Shown: positions 30,132 through 41,863 of the stretch, in pieces | Position numbering within the stretch: the stretch's first letter is position 1 | Layout of the letters: each line of letters begins with the position of its first letter | NCBI GenBank assembly: GCA_963700145.1 | Contig: OY969474.1 | Coordinates: forward strand, 1,824,001 to 1,888,000 | DNA length: 64,000 nt | Source of the DNA: an uncultured Acidobacteriota bacterium | GTDB taxonomy: Bacteria > Acidobacteriota > Thermoanaerobaculia > Multivoradales > UBA5704 | Direction: 5' to 3' | Translations under genes and position numbers: made by a program | The notes under the pieces: generated by a model | Told to the model about the DNA's origin: nothing | The model's input: only the letters and a program-made list of their open reading frames with translations | Databases searched by the model: none

Positions 30132-31157
30132 TCAGATTCCTTTCTGGGCGGCGGCGACGCCGGCGGCATAGGTGCGCACGCCGGCGGCGAGCGCCTCGGC
30201 GATCGCCTGCCGGTAGTCGGGGCTGGCGAGCAGGCGCGCCTCCTCCTCGTTCGAGAGGCAGGAGACCTCGGCCAGCACCGAGGGCATCTCGGTGGTGATG
30301 AGGACGATGAAGGGGGCGGCCTTGACGCCGCGGTCCTGGAGCGCCGGGTTGGCCGGGGCGAGCGAGCGGACGAGCGACCCCTGGAGCACCTCGGCGAGTC
30401 GCCGCGACTCCACCTGGCGCACGTCGGTGTAGATGCGTTCGAGGAGCGGCTTGAGGTCCGCCAGCGAGTAACCCGAGTCGTGGTTCTCGGCGGCGGCGAG
30501 GCGGTTGACGATGGGGTCGTCGCTGGCGCCGGCGTAATAGGTCTCGACGCCGCGCGCCGCGCGGTCCTCGATCCAGTTGAGGTGGATCGAGAGGAACAGG
30601 TCGGCGCCGGCCTCGTTGGCGAGCCGCGCCCGCTCCTTGAGCGGCACCTCGCGGTCGCCGCGGCGGGTCAGCACGGGCTCGAAGGCGTCGGCCGCGAGGC
30701 GGCGCGCGAGGCGGCGGGCGATGTCGAGCGTCAGCTCCTTCTCGAGCGGCCCCTGCGCGGCGCGGGTGCCGAGGCTGGCGCCGCCGTGGCCGGGGTCGAT
30801 CGCCACCCGCCGCACCGCGAGCGGGAAGACCGCGGGGTCGATCGGCCGCGGCGCGGGGAGGAGCGCGGCGGCGCGGGCGGCCGACGGCACCGCGAGCGCC
30901 GGCGCGGCGGCAGGGGTCGCCGCGGCGGCCGCCCGGGGGGCCTCCCGGCCGCCGCGGCCGCCGAGGAGCTGCGAGGAGCCGTAGAGCGCCACCGGCAGCA
31001 GCAGCACCACACCGAGGCGGAGCACCTCGCGCCCCAGCCAGCGCCGGCGCCGCCGCCGCGGCGGCAGGCCGTGGATCAGCTCGAGGTTCTCTTGCACGAG
31101 ATCGCGGAGCAGACGGCGCTTGCGCCGGGCGGAGAGCGCGGGCAGACCCAACGGCAC
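30132..31157 (-). CDS. Membrane-anchored N-acetylmuramoyl-L-alanine amidase (Amidase_3)
   Basis: N-terminal TM helix, then IDPGHGG, EKELTL, FLSIHLN, GVETYY and MPSVLAEV. Confidence 0.92.
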   Translation of the reverse strand: MPLGLPALSARRKRRLLRDLVQENLELIHGLPPRRRRRRWLGREVLRLGVVLLLPVALYGSSQLLGGRGGREAPRAAAAATPAAAPALAVPSAARAAALLPAPRPIDPAVFPLAVRRVAIDPGHGGASLGTRAAQGPLEKELTLDIARRLARRLAADAFEPVLTRRGDREVPLKERARLANEAGADLFLSIHLNWIEDRAARGVETYYAGASDDPIVNRLAAAENHDSGYSLADLKPLLERIYTDVRQVESRRLAEVLQGSLVRSLAPANPALQDRGVKAAPFIVLITTEMPSVLAEVSCLSNEEEARLLASPDYRQAIAEALAAGVRTYAAGVAAAQKGI

Positions 31158-31223
31158 GACGGCGGCGGTTCCTCGGAAGTTGCTCGATTAAATACGGTTG
31201 CGGAGTGTACTACAGCTCGCGCC

Positions 31224-32639
31224 TCAGCCCCGGCCCAAGCGCACGACAAGCGCGCCGTCCACCTCGCGGACGGCGCGAACCACGACCCCGCGGTCGGCCA
31301 GGTCGAGCACCAGGTGGAGCTCGTCCTCTCCCGGCAGCACGTGGTGGCCGGTGCGCACCTGCTTCAGGTGCGGCGAGCCGACGGCGAGGAGGGCGCGGCC
31401 GAACGGGCGCTCGACGCCGCGGATGCGGAAGACCTCGCGCGGCGCCGGGCCGTCGAGGCGGTCGCGGGCGTAGCCGCCGGCCGCGATCGGCCCGTCACCG
31501 CGGATCGTCACCTCCGTCTCGCCGTCCACCTGCCGCCAGTCGATGCTGCGGATCGCGGTGAGGCGGACCGTGGGTGCCGGCGCGGGCGCGGCGGCGGCCG
31601 GCGGAGGGGCGGCCGGCTCCGCGAGGGTCGGCGGTTCGGCGCCAGGAGCGGCGGCGGCTGCCGCGGCGGTGTCGTCGCCGACGAGCGCCGGGAGCGGCTC
31701 CGGGATGGCGTCGTCCGAGGCGGCCGCCGCGGACGCCGGCGCTCCGGCCGGCGGCGCCGCCGGCGTCTCGGCGGTGGCAGTGGCCGAGCGCGCCGCCGGC
31801 CCCCGCTCGGGCGCCGCGCCGTCGCCGCCGAGGAGCCCGAAGCGGCGCATCAGGGGCTCCTGGAAGGCGAAGGCCGCCACGCCCAACGCGACGACCGCCA
31901 GCACCGCGGCGAGAGCGGCGATCCGCCGTGGGCTCCTCCGCTCGGGCGGGGGCGCGGCGGCGGCGTACGTGGCGAGCGGCGCCGGCGGCACCGGGAGAGG
32001 GGGCGGAGGCGCGGCGAGCGGCGCCGGCGCCGGCGCGACGATCGGCTCGACCGGCGGCCCGAAGGTCCGCGCCGCGAGGTCCGGCAGCGAGAGCGAGGCG
32101 AGCGCCGGGTTGGAGACGACGGGAAGAGGGACGGCGGCTACTTCCACTTCCACGTCGCCGGCCTCTTCCACGTCGCCGGCCTCGCTCGCCTCGTCCGCGG
32201 TGTCCAGCTCGCCGCTCTCGCTCTCCGCGACCGCCGCCGCAGCGCTCGTTTCCGCCTCCGGCCCCTGCTCGACGTCGAAGGGAATCCCCCCCTCGTGGAT
32301 GTACTCGTCCACCATCTTGTAGATCAGCTCGCGGCTCCCCTTCGACAGCCGCAGGAAGCGGATCCCCATGCCCGCGGGCTTGGCGGCGCCCTGGTCGTCG
32401 CTGCGGGTCCAGACGACCTCGCCGGTGCCCTTGATCAGCGGGTAGCCGTCGCCGAGCTGGAACTCGAAATCGAGGAGGGTCCCGACCGGCGAGGGGGCCT
32501 GCGTCTTGACGAACAGGCCCCCCGGCGAGACGTTGGAGGAGTACTCGCTGATGAAGCCCGAGAAGCGCTCGAAGCGGAGCTGTACCCGCGTCTCGAGCGG
32601 TACCCGGCGGGAGTCCCGCGAGGTGGCGTAATCCGTCAT
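31224..32639 (-). CDS. PilZ (TIGR02266-type) - linker - TM - AMIN-like domain protein
   Basis: RDSRR (RxxxR) and NVSPGG (NxSxxG) PilZ motifs plus GMGIRF. Pro/Ala linker, one TM helix, C-terminal LDGPAPREVFRI...VRTGHH...LHLVLDL AMIN-like domain. Confidence 0.8.
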   Translation of the reverse strand: MTDYATSRDSRRVPLETRVQLRFERFSGFISEYSSNVSPGGLFVKTQAPSPVGTLLDFEFQLGDGYPLIKGTGEVVWTRSDDQGAAKPAGMGIRFLRLSKGSRELIYKMVDEYIHEGGIPFDVEQGPEAETSAAAAVAESESGELDTADEASEAGDVEEAGDVEVEVAAVPLPVVSNPALASLSLPDLAARTFGPPVEPIVAPAPAPLAAPPPPLPVPPAPLATYAAAAPPPERRSPRRIAALAAVLAVVALGVAAFAFQEPLMRRFGLLGGDGAAPERGPAARSATATAETPAAPPAGAPASAAAASDDAIPEPLPALVGDDTAAAAAAAPGAEPPTLAEPAAPPPAAAAPAPAPTVRLTAIRSIDWRQVDGETEVTIRGDGPIAAGGYARDRLDGPAPREVFRIRGVERPFGRALLAVGSPHLKQVRTGHHVLPGEDELHLVLDLADRGVVVRAVREVDGALVVRLGRG

Positions 32640-32717
32640 CAATGACTGCTCAATTGCAGGAGTGGAGAGAGTAGTGCCCCGGACCGGGGCAGTCAACAAC
32701 CGACGCGCCCGCCGGCG

Positions 32718-33989
32718 TCAGGTCGTGCGGCGGCGCTCGCGCTTCAGGAACTCGGCGAGGTGGCGGGCCAGCTCGAGGGTGAGGGTCTCCTCCTCGGCGG
32801 CGTGCTGGAACATGAGGAGAGCGGCCATCGCCTCGCGGTGCACCTCGCGCGACTCGAAGACCGGCAGGAGCTCGGCGGCGAGCTGCTTGAGCTCGGCGGT
32901 GCACCCCTCTTGGGCGTAGAGCATGGCGAGGTCGAGCGAGACGAGCGCCGCGTCGTAGCCCATGCCGCGTTCGAAGAACTCCTTCTGCACCTCGCGGAAC
33001 GACGCCTCCGCCGCGCCCAGCCGCCCGAGGCCGAAGGCGATGCGCCCTTCGGCCCAGGCGACGCGGACGAGGTCGAGAGGGTTGCGCTGGTCGAGCGCGA
33101 CGCGGCGCAGCTCGGGCAGCGCTTCTTCGGCCTCCCCGTGCTTGCCCGCGGCGATGAGCAATGCAACCAGATTCAGGTGGGAGCAGAAGATGAGACGCGG
33201 CTCGCGGAGCGGATCGAGCAGGGGGCTGGCCTCGTGCAGGAACGCGATCGCGGGCTCGAACTCTCCCTGCTCTTCCAGCACCGAGGCCTTGTTGATGAGG
33301 GACCTGCCGGCGCGGTGGAGGTCGCCCAGCTCGCGGAAGATGTCGATCGCTTGATCGAGCAGGGTCAACGCCTCGCCGAACCGCCGCTGGCCGCGCCGGA
33401 GCGACGCTTTCAGGTCGTAGACCTCGGCGCGCACCTTGAGATTGCCCGTCGTGCTCGTCGCCAGGAAAGTCTCGGAGCGCCGAAACGCCTCGTCGGCGCT
33501 CCACAGCTCCCCGAGCACCCGCCGAGCGTTGCCCAGATGAGCCCAGCACTTCGCTCGGAGGTCGGTGACCCAGTGCGGGTCGTAGGCTTCGCCGGGAAGG
33601 AGGTCGGCGATCCGGACGCCGAGCTCGGCGAACGAGACGGCTTCGGCCGGGTCGTCCAGGGCCGCCTCCAAGCTGCGCTTCAAGAGGAGCTGACAGAGCC
33701 CCCACGTCTGCAGCTCGCCGTCCTGGTCGATGCGCGCGAGCCGCTCCTCGAACGGCAGATCGGCTAGACGGGCGAGCTGCTCCGGGGCGCGCAGCCCTTC
33801 GTTGACCACAATCACTTCGTTCCAGTGCTCGACCTGCTCTTGGAGGCGCAGGATCTCCTCGCAGCGCTCGCGACAGGTAGGACAGTGGGCGAGGAAGTGA
33901 GGAATGACGTGTCGCTGGAGATCCTCGTACGGCAGCTCTCCGGAAAGCCAGCTCGCGAGCGCCTCCATCGACAGATGTTCATTCCTCAC
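32718..33989 (-). CDS. Zinc-finger (zf-HC2-like) / TPR-repeat protein 2
   Basis: GTG follows a GGAGG RBS. N-terminal HFLAHCPTC, CWAHLGNARRVLG and C-terminal YDAALVSLDL...LLPVF make it a clear paralog of 27704..29068. Confidence 0.85.
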   Translation of the reverse strand: MRNEHLSMEALASWLSGELPYEDLQRHVIPHFLAHCPTCRERCEEILRLQEQVEHWNEVIVVNEGLRAPEQLARLADLPFEERLARIDQDGELQTWGLCQLLLKRSLEAALDDPAEAVSFAELGVRIADLLPGEAYDPHWVTDLRAKCWAHLGNARRVLGELWSADEAFRRSETFLATSTTGNLKVRAEVYDLKASLRRGQRRFGEALTLLDQAIDIFRELGDLHRAGRSLINKASVLEEQGEFEPAIAFLHEASPLLDPLREPRLIFCSHLNLVALLIAAGKHGEAEEALPELRRVALDQRNPLDLVRVAWAEGRIAFGLGRLGAAEASFREVQKEFFERGMGYDAALVSLDLAMLYAQEGCTAELKQLAAELLPVFESREVHREAMAALLMFQHAAEEETLTLELARHLAEFLKRERRRTT

Positions 33990-34078
33990 TCCGATGCCTC
34001 CTAGAGGTAACAGAGTCCGGGCAGCCGGTGCCCCTTCTAGATCATCTGTTTCCAAACTCGGCGATTTCGTGACAGGGA

Positions 34079-34294
34079 CTAGCCGTTCGGATCTCCCGCC
34101 AGCCCCTCCTGCTCCCAGATCCCCGCCAGACCCCTCCACACCCGCTCCACGGCCTCCAGCATCCAAGTACGGCCCGGGGCGGTGATCCGCCCTTCGTGGC
34201 GGTCCCGGCCGCGGCTCCAGGCGGCGGCGGGGACGGTGCCGAGGGCGGCGAGCAGGACGAGGGCGGCGAACGCCCGGTTCCATCTCCTAGACAT
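34079..34294 (-). CDS. Small secreted peptide precursor 2 (71 aa, C-terminal EGLAGDPNG)
   Basis: GAAGGAGA RBS, signal peptide ending AAA, Trp-rich amphipathic segment, ends in DPNG. Directly upstream of TPR gene 2. Confidence 0.7.
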   Translation of the reverse strand: MSRRWNRAFAALVLLAALGTVPAAAWSRGRDRHEGRITAPGRTWMLEAVERVWRGLAGIWEQEGLAGDPNG

Positions 34295-34500
34295 GGTCTC
34301 TCCTTCTTCCCGGGGCGGGTCCCTGGACGCTCTAGTGCGGCCCGGGCCAAGCCTCCAGAAACAAAGTTGACCCGTCCGGAACAAACGTGACATCGGAGGA
34401 GATAACTTTTCGCCCTTTTCGGCACCCCTTGGCCGCCATTTGGATCGCCGCCCGGCAGGCGCTGTGGTACAAAGGGCCGACTTTTTCGCCCGGAGGGACA

Positions 34501-35727
34501 ATGACGACCGCGCTGATGGAGACGACGAAGGCCCAGGAGCTGGTCGCGCTCGAGGAGCGCTACGGCGCCCACAACTACCACCCCCTGGACGTGGTGGTGG
34601 CGCGCGCCGAGGGCTGCTGGGTGTGGGACGTGGAAGGCCGCAAGTACCTCGACTTCCTGGCCGCCTACTCGGCGGTCAACCAGGGACATTGCCACCCGAA
34701 GATCGTCGCGGCGCTGGTCGAGCAGGCGCAGAAGGTGACGCTCACCTCGCGCGCCTTCCGCAACGACCAGCTCGGCCCCTTCTACAAGGAGCTGTGCGAG
34801 CTGGCCGGCTTCGCCAAGGCGCTGCCCATGAACAGCGGCGCCGAGGCGGTGGAGACGGCGATCAAGGCCGCCCGCAAGTGGGCTTACACGGTCAAGGGCG
34901 TGGCCGAGGGGCAGGCAGAGATCCTGGCCTTCGAGAACAACTTCCACGGCCGCACGACGACGATCGTCAGCTTCTCGACCGAGGAGCAGTACCGGCACGG
35001 CTTCGGACCCTTCACCCCCGGCTTCCGGGTGCTCCCCTACGGCGACGCCGAGGCGGTCGCCGCGGCGATGCACTCGAACGTGGCGGCGGTGCTGGTCGAG
35101 CCGATCCAGGGGGAGGCCGGGATCGTCGTCCCGCCGGCCGGCTTCCTGCGCCGCCTGCGCGAGATCACCCAGGAGCACCGGGCCCTCCTCATTGCCGACG
35201 AGATCCAGTCAGGACTCGGCCGCACCGGCCGGCTCTTCGCCTACGAGCACGAGGGGATCCGGCCGGACGTCGTCATCCTCGGCAAGGCGCTCTCCGGCGG
35301 GGCTTACCCGGTGTCGGCGATCCTCGCCGACGACGAGGTCATGGGGGTCTTCAGGCCCGGCGACCACGGCTCGACCTTCGGCGGCAACCCTTTGGCCGCC
35401 GCCATCGGGCGGGCCGCGATGCGGGTCCTGGTCGAGGAGCGGCTGGTCGAGAACTCGGCGGCGATGGGCCCCTACTTCCTCGAGCGGCTGCGGGCGATCC
35501 GCTCGCGCCACGTCAAGGAGGTGCGGGGCGTCGGCCTCTGGATCGGCGTCGAGCTCCACCGCGAGGCCGGCGGCGCCCGCCGCTTCTGCGAGGCCCTGCA
35601 GCAAGAGGGGCTCCTGTGCAAGGAGACCCACGACCACGTCATCCGCATCGCGCCGCCGCTGACGATCCAGAAGGACGAGATCGACTGGGCGGTGGAGCGG
35701 CTGGAACGGGTGCTGACGACGCTGTAA
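34501..35727 (+). CDS. rocD: Ornithine--oxo-acid aminotransferase
   Basis: [57 protein letters not shown] and HGSTFGGNP. Confidence 0.95.
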   Translation: MTTALMETTKAQELVALEERYGAHNYHPLDVVVARAEGCWVWDVEGRKYLDFLAAYSAVNQGHCHPKIVAALVEQAQKVTLTSRAFRNDQLGPFYKELCELAGFAKALPMNSGAEAVETAIKAARKWAYTVKGVAEGQAEILAFENNFHGRTTTIVSFSTEEQYRHGFGPFTPGFRVLPYGDAEAVAAAMHSNVAAVLVEPIQGEAGIVVPPAGFLRRLREITQEHRALLIADEIQSGLGRTGRLFAYEHEGIRPDVVILGKALSGGAYPVSAILADDEVMGVFRPGDHGSTFGGNPLAAAIGRAAMRVLVEERLVENSAAMGPYFLERLRAIRSRHVKEVRGVGLWIGVELHREAGGARRFCEALQQEGLLCKETHDHVIRIAPPLTIQKDEIDWAVERLERVLTTL

Positions 35728-35732
35728 AGAAA

Positions 35733-35759
35733 ACGCCCGGCACGTAGGCCGGGCGCTAC
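35733..35759. repeat. REP-like palindrome, copy 1
   Basis: ACGCCCGGCACGTAGGCCGGGCGCTAC is identical to 44450-44476. Its reverse complement starts GTAG followed by a hairpin. Confidence 0.75.
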
Positions 35760-36643
35760 CTTACGTTCTCTGGCAGCCAGGCCTCGCCGCCCGGGTCGTG
35801 CATCTCCCAGTAGGCGAGGCGGTCGCACTTGGCGAGCTCGTATGTCGTTCCCTCGTGGTCGGCGAAGCGCCGCAGGCGGTGGGGCGCCGCCTTCTCGAAG
35901 GTGTAGGCGAGGAATCGCTTGCCGGCGGTGAGACGGAGGGTCACCTCGTCGCCGGCCTCCCGGCGCTCCAGCGCGTAGCTCGTCGGGCGGAACTCGGCGA
36001 AGCGGCCGTAGAGAAGGGAGGGGAAGACGTCGAGGGTCGCCGGCGCCGGGCCGGCGACGTAGTCGCGCAGGTGCGCCGGCAGGCCGTCCTGCGGCAGCGC
36101 TCCGGCCGGCCAATCCATCGCGCGATCCCCTTGGCCGTCGAAGTACGAGTGGGTCTCGAGCCGCCCGCGCACCATGTCGGCGCTGGCGACGCCGCAGGCC
36201 TCCGAGCTGGTGGCGGCGATCTTGCGCAGCGCTCCCGAATCGCGCCGCAGGTAGACGCTCCCCATCTGGTGGTAGGTGTAGATGCCGGTCGGCACGTCGC
36301 GCACGTGGTTGAGCTTAAGGACGTCGAAGCCGTCCGGGCGCGGTTGGTCAGCCTTGACCTCGAGGTCGGGGGCCCAGGGCTCCTTGACCAGGATGAGCAG
36401 GGCGCGGCCGGGGTAGTGCTTGCCGTAGCGCGCCCAGGACACCTCGTAGGCGCAGAACTCGGCCTTGCCGTCGTCCCAGAGGCGGGCGTGGCGCCAGGCC
36501 GGGTCGCCCGGCGGCGGCGCGGCGAGCTCGCCGGCCGGCGCCGCGGCGGCCGCCGAGCGCGGCTCGGCGACGTCGCTGCGGATCGCCCAGACGACGAGCG
36601 CCAGAAAGGGCACCGCCGCCAGCGCTTTCCAGAAGGTCTTCAC
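35756..36643 (-). CDS. Conserved hypothetical exported or membrane-anchored protein
   Basis: GTG after GGA. N-terminal hydrophobic helix, then globular-looking sequence (WDDGKAE...ARYG, VLKLN, TGIYTY, EACG, HSYF). Confidence 0.7.
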   Translation of the reverse strand: MKTFWKALAAVPFLALVVWAIRSDVAEPRSAAAAAPAGELAAPPPGDPAWRHARLWDDGKAEFCAYEVSWARYGKHYPGRALLILVKEPWAPDLEVKADQPRPDGFDVLKLNHVRDVPTGIYTYHQMGSVYLRRDSGALRKIAATSSEACGVASADMVRGRLETHSYFDGQGDRAMDWPAGALPQDGLPAHLRDYVAGPAPATLDVFPSLLYGRFAEFRPTSYALERREAGDEVTLRLTAGKRFLAYTFEKAAPHRLRRFADHEGTTYELAKCDRLAYWEMHDPGGEAWLPENVR

Positions 36644-36714
36644 TCCAGGGCTCCCTCGGAAGATCGAGAACGTGCGGCCGGCGGGCGCCGGCCGTTCTGC
36701 CAGTATACGGCGCG

Positions 36715-38309
36715 ATGAAGTGCCCCGGCAGCGCCCCCGCCTCGCCACGCTCTCGCCGCGCGGCGTTGGCAGCGCTCGCCGCCCTGGCGCTCGCCTGCGC
36801 CGGTCCCGGCGGCGGCGAACCGCGGAACGAGACGGACCCGCCCCGCCCCTCCGGGACGCTGCGTGTCGCCCTCCGCGCCGCGCCCCGGACGCTCAACCCC
36901 AACACCTGGGACGAGGCCGCCGGCTCGGTCGGCCGCAACCTCTACAACCAGCTCGTCTCCCTCGACACCGACCTCCACCCGATCCCGGACCTCGCCCGCT
37001 CCTGGGAGGTCTCGGCGGACGGTCTCGCCTACACCTTCCACCTCGCGGAAGGGGTGACCTGGCACGACGGCCGCCCCTTCGGCTCCGGCGACGTCGCCTG
37101 GACCCTGCGCGCGCTGCGCTCCGAGAAGGCCTTCGCCGGCGACCTCGCGGCCCGCATCGCCGCGGTCGAGACCCCCGACGCCGCGACCGTCGTCGTCCGC
37201 CTCACCGAGCCCTGGGCGCCCTTCCTCACCACCCTCGCCTGGTATGGCACCTACATTCTGCCGCGCCATCTCCACGCCGGCGCCCCCTTCGGCGAGGCCG
37301 CCGCCGACCGCGCGCCCGTCGGCACCGGCCCCTTCCGCCTGGCGGCCTGGGAGCCGGAACGGATCGTGCTCGCCGCCAACCGGCGCTACTTCCGTCCGGG
37401 GCCGCACCTGGAGCGGCTGGTCTACCGCGTCCTCGCCGAGCCGGACGCGGCGTCGGCCGCCCCGGTCCTGCGCGGCGAGATCGACTACCTGGCGCTGCGG
37501 CCGCGGCCGGACCTGATGCAGGCGCTGCGGCGGGCGCCCGAGCTGGTCCTCGACAGCCGCCCGAGCGACGCCCGCTACTACGCCGGCTTCAACGTCCGGC
37601 GCCCGCCCTTCGGCGACCTGCGGGTGCGCCGCGCCGTCAACATGGCTCTCGACCGCGAGGCCCTCGTCGAGCGCGTGCTCGCCGGCTACGGCGCCCCGGC
37701 CTACGGCTTCTACACGCCGGCCGTCGCCTGGGCCTTCAACGAGCGGGCGCGGGCGCCGGCCTTCGACCCGGCGGCGGCCGCGGCGCTGCTCGACGCCGCC
37801 GGCCTGCGCCCGGGCGCGGACGGCGTCCGCTTCTCCGCCACGCTGGTCTGCCCCGACGCCGCGCCGTACACCGGCCTGGCGCGCGAGATGACGCGGCAGC
37901 TCGCGGCCGTCGGGATCGCGCTCGACGTCGAGGCGCTCACCGTCGACCGCTACCTCGACCGGCTCCTCGGCGGGCGCGACTTCGACCTCGGCCTCATGGG
38001 CGGCAGCCACGGCCCGGACCCCGCGAACCTGGAGATCCGCTTCGGCGCCCGCGGCAAGCAGCAGTTCATGGGCTACGCCGACCCGGCACTGGATCGGCTG
38101 CTGGCGCGCGGCGCCCGGCAGACCGACCCGGCGCTGCGCGCCCGCGCCTACGACCAGGCGCAGGCGCTCCTGGCGCAGACGCTGCCGATGGCGCCCCTCG
38201 CCGAGGCGGTGGGGTTCGTGGCCTACCGGCGCGGCCTGGCCGGGCTGCCCCAGGGCGACGCGCGCGGCCTCGTCGCCGGCGGCGACTTCAGCCTGGCACG
38301 GTGGCGGCG

Positions 38310-38313
<4 letters not shown>
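36715..38313 (+). CDS. ABC-type substrate-binding lipoprotein, family 5 (peptide/nickel)
   Basis: Lipobox LAC, PDLARSWEVSADGLAYTFHL..GVTWHDG, PVGTGPF and VRRAVNMALDR. Confidence 0.9.
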
Positions 38314-40814
<2,501 letters not shown>

Positions 40815-40882
40815 TGAGGTCTGCGCCCTGCGGCTCGACCTCCCTCCGGTCGCTTGACCCGGCCGCTGGCCGGCTCAAGGGA

Positions 40883-41863
40883 TCACCGCGGCGCCGCACA
40901 CGCCCAGCGCGCCGCCCCCAGCACCGCCGTTTCCTCGTTGAGCACCACCCGGATCGGCACGCGCTCGAGGAGGTCCCGGAAGCGCCCCTTGTCGCGGAAG
41001 GCGCCGACGAAGGTGCCGTCGGCGAGCTTCGGCAGGAGCTTCGGGGCGATGCCGCCGCCGACGTAGACGCCGCCGGTCGCGAGACCCACCAGCGCCAGGT
41101 TGCCGGCGGCGGCGCCGTAGGCGGCGGTCCAGAGGTCGAGGGCGCGGGCGCAGAGGGCGCACCGTCCGGCCTGCGCCGCCTCGGCGATGACCGGCGTCGC
41201 GTCCCCCTCGGGGTCGGCGAGGGCGTCCGCCACCTCCGGCGTCTCCTCTCCAAGCCCCTCGTCGCGCAACGCCTCGTAGACGTGCCGCAGCCCCGGCCCG
41301 GAGACGACGCGCTCGACGCTGACGTGCCCGCCCCAGCGGCTGCGGAGGCGCCGCCAGACGGCGGCCTCCTCGTCCGTGCGCGGCGCGAAGTCCATGTGCC
41401 CCCCTTCGGAGGCGAGCGGCCGGCACCCGGCGGGCAAGAGCGCCATGCCGAGGCCGGTGCCAGCGGCGATCAGGGCGAGCGTGCCGTCCGGCTCGGGCTC
41501 GCCCGGCTGGAGGACGGCCAGCTCCTCAGGGCCGAGGAGCGGCAGGCCGTAGGCGGTGGCGACGAGGTCGTTGATCAGCTCGACCCGCCCGATCCCCGCG
41601 GTGCGCTCCAGCGCCGCGCCGTCGACCAGCCAGGGGAGGTTCGTGGTCTCGGCCCGGTTGTCGAGGACCGGCCCCGGGATGCCGAAGGAGGCGGCCGCGA
41701 CGCCGCGCTCGCCGGCCAGGAACTCGGCGACGATCGGCCCGAGCCCCGGATAATCGGCGCTCGCGAACTGCGCCGTGCGGAGGAGGCGCGGCGGGCCGTC
41801 GCCGGCGGGCTCGTAGAGGGCGAGGTTGGTCTTGGTGCCGCCGACGTCGCCGGCCAGGATCAC
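40883..41863 (-). CDS. glk: Glucokinase
   Basis: ILAGDVGGTKT, TNLPW, LINDL, AAGTGLG, SEGGH, VSVERVVSG and FRDKGRF. Confidence 0.93.
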   Translation of the reverse strand: MILAGDVGGTKTNLALYEPAGDGPPRLLRTAQFASADYPGLGPIVAEFLAGERGVAAASFGIPGPVLDNRAETTNLPWLVDGAALERTAGIGRVELINDLVATAYGLPLLGPEELAVLQPGEPEPDGTLALIAAGTGLGMALLPAGCRPLASEGGHMDFAPRTDEEAAVWRRLRSRWGGHVSVERVVSGPGLRHVYEALRDEGLGEETPEVADALADPEGDATPVIAEAAQAGRCALCARALDLWTAAYGAAAGNLALVGLATGGVYVGGGIAPKLLPKLADGTFVGAFRDKGRFRDLLERVPIRVVLNEETAVLGAARWACAAPR

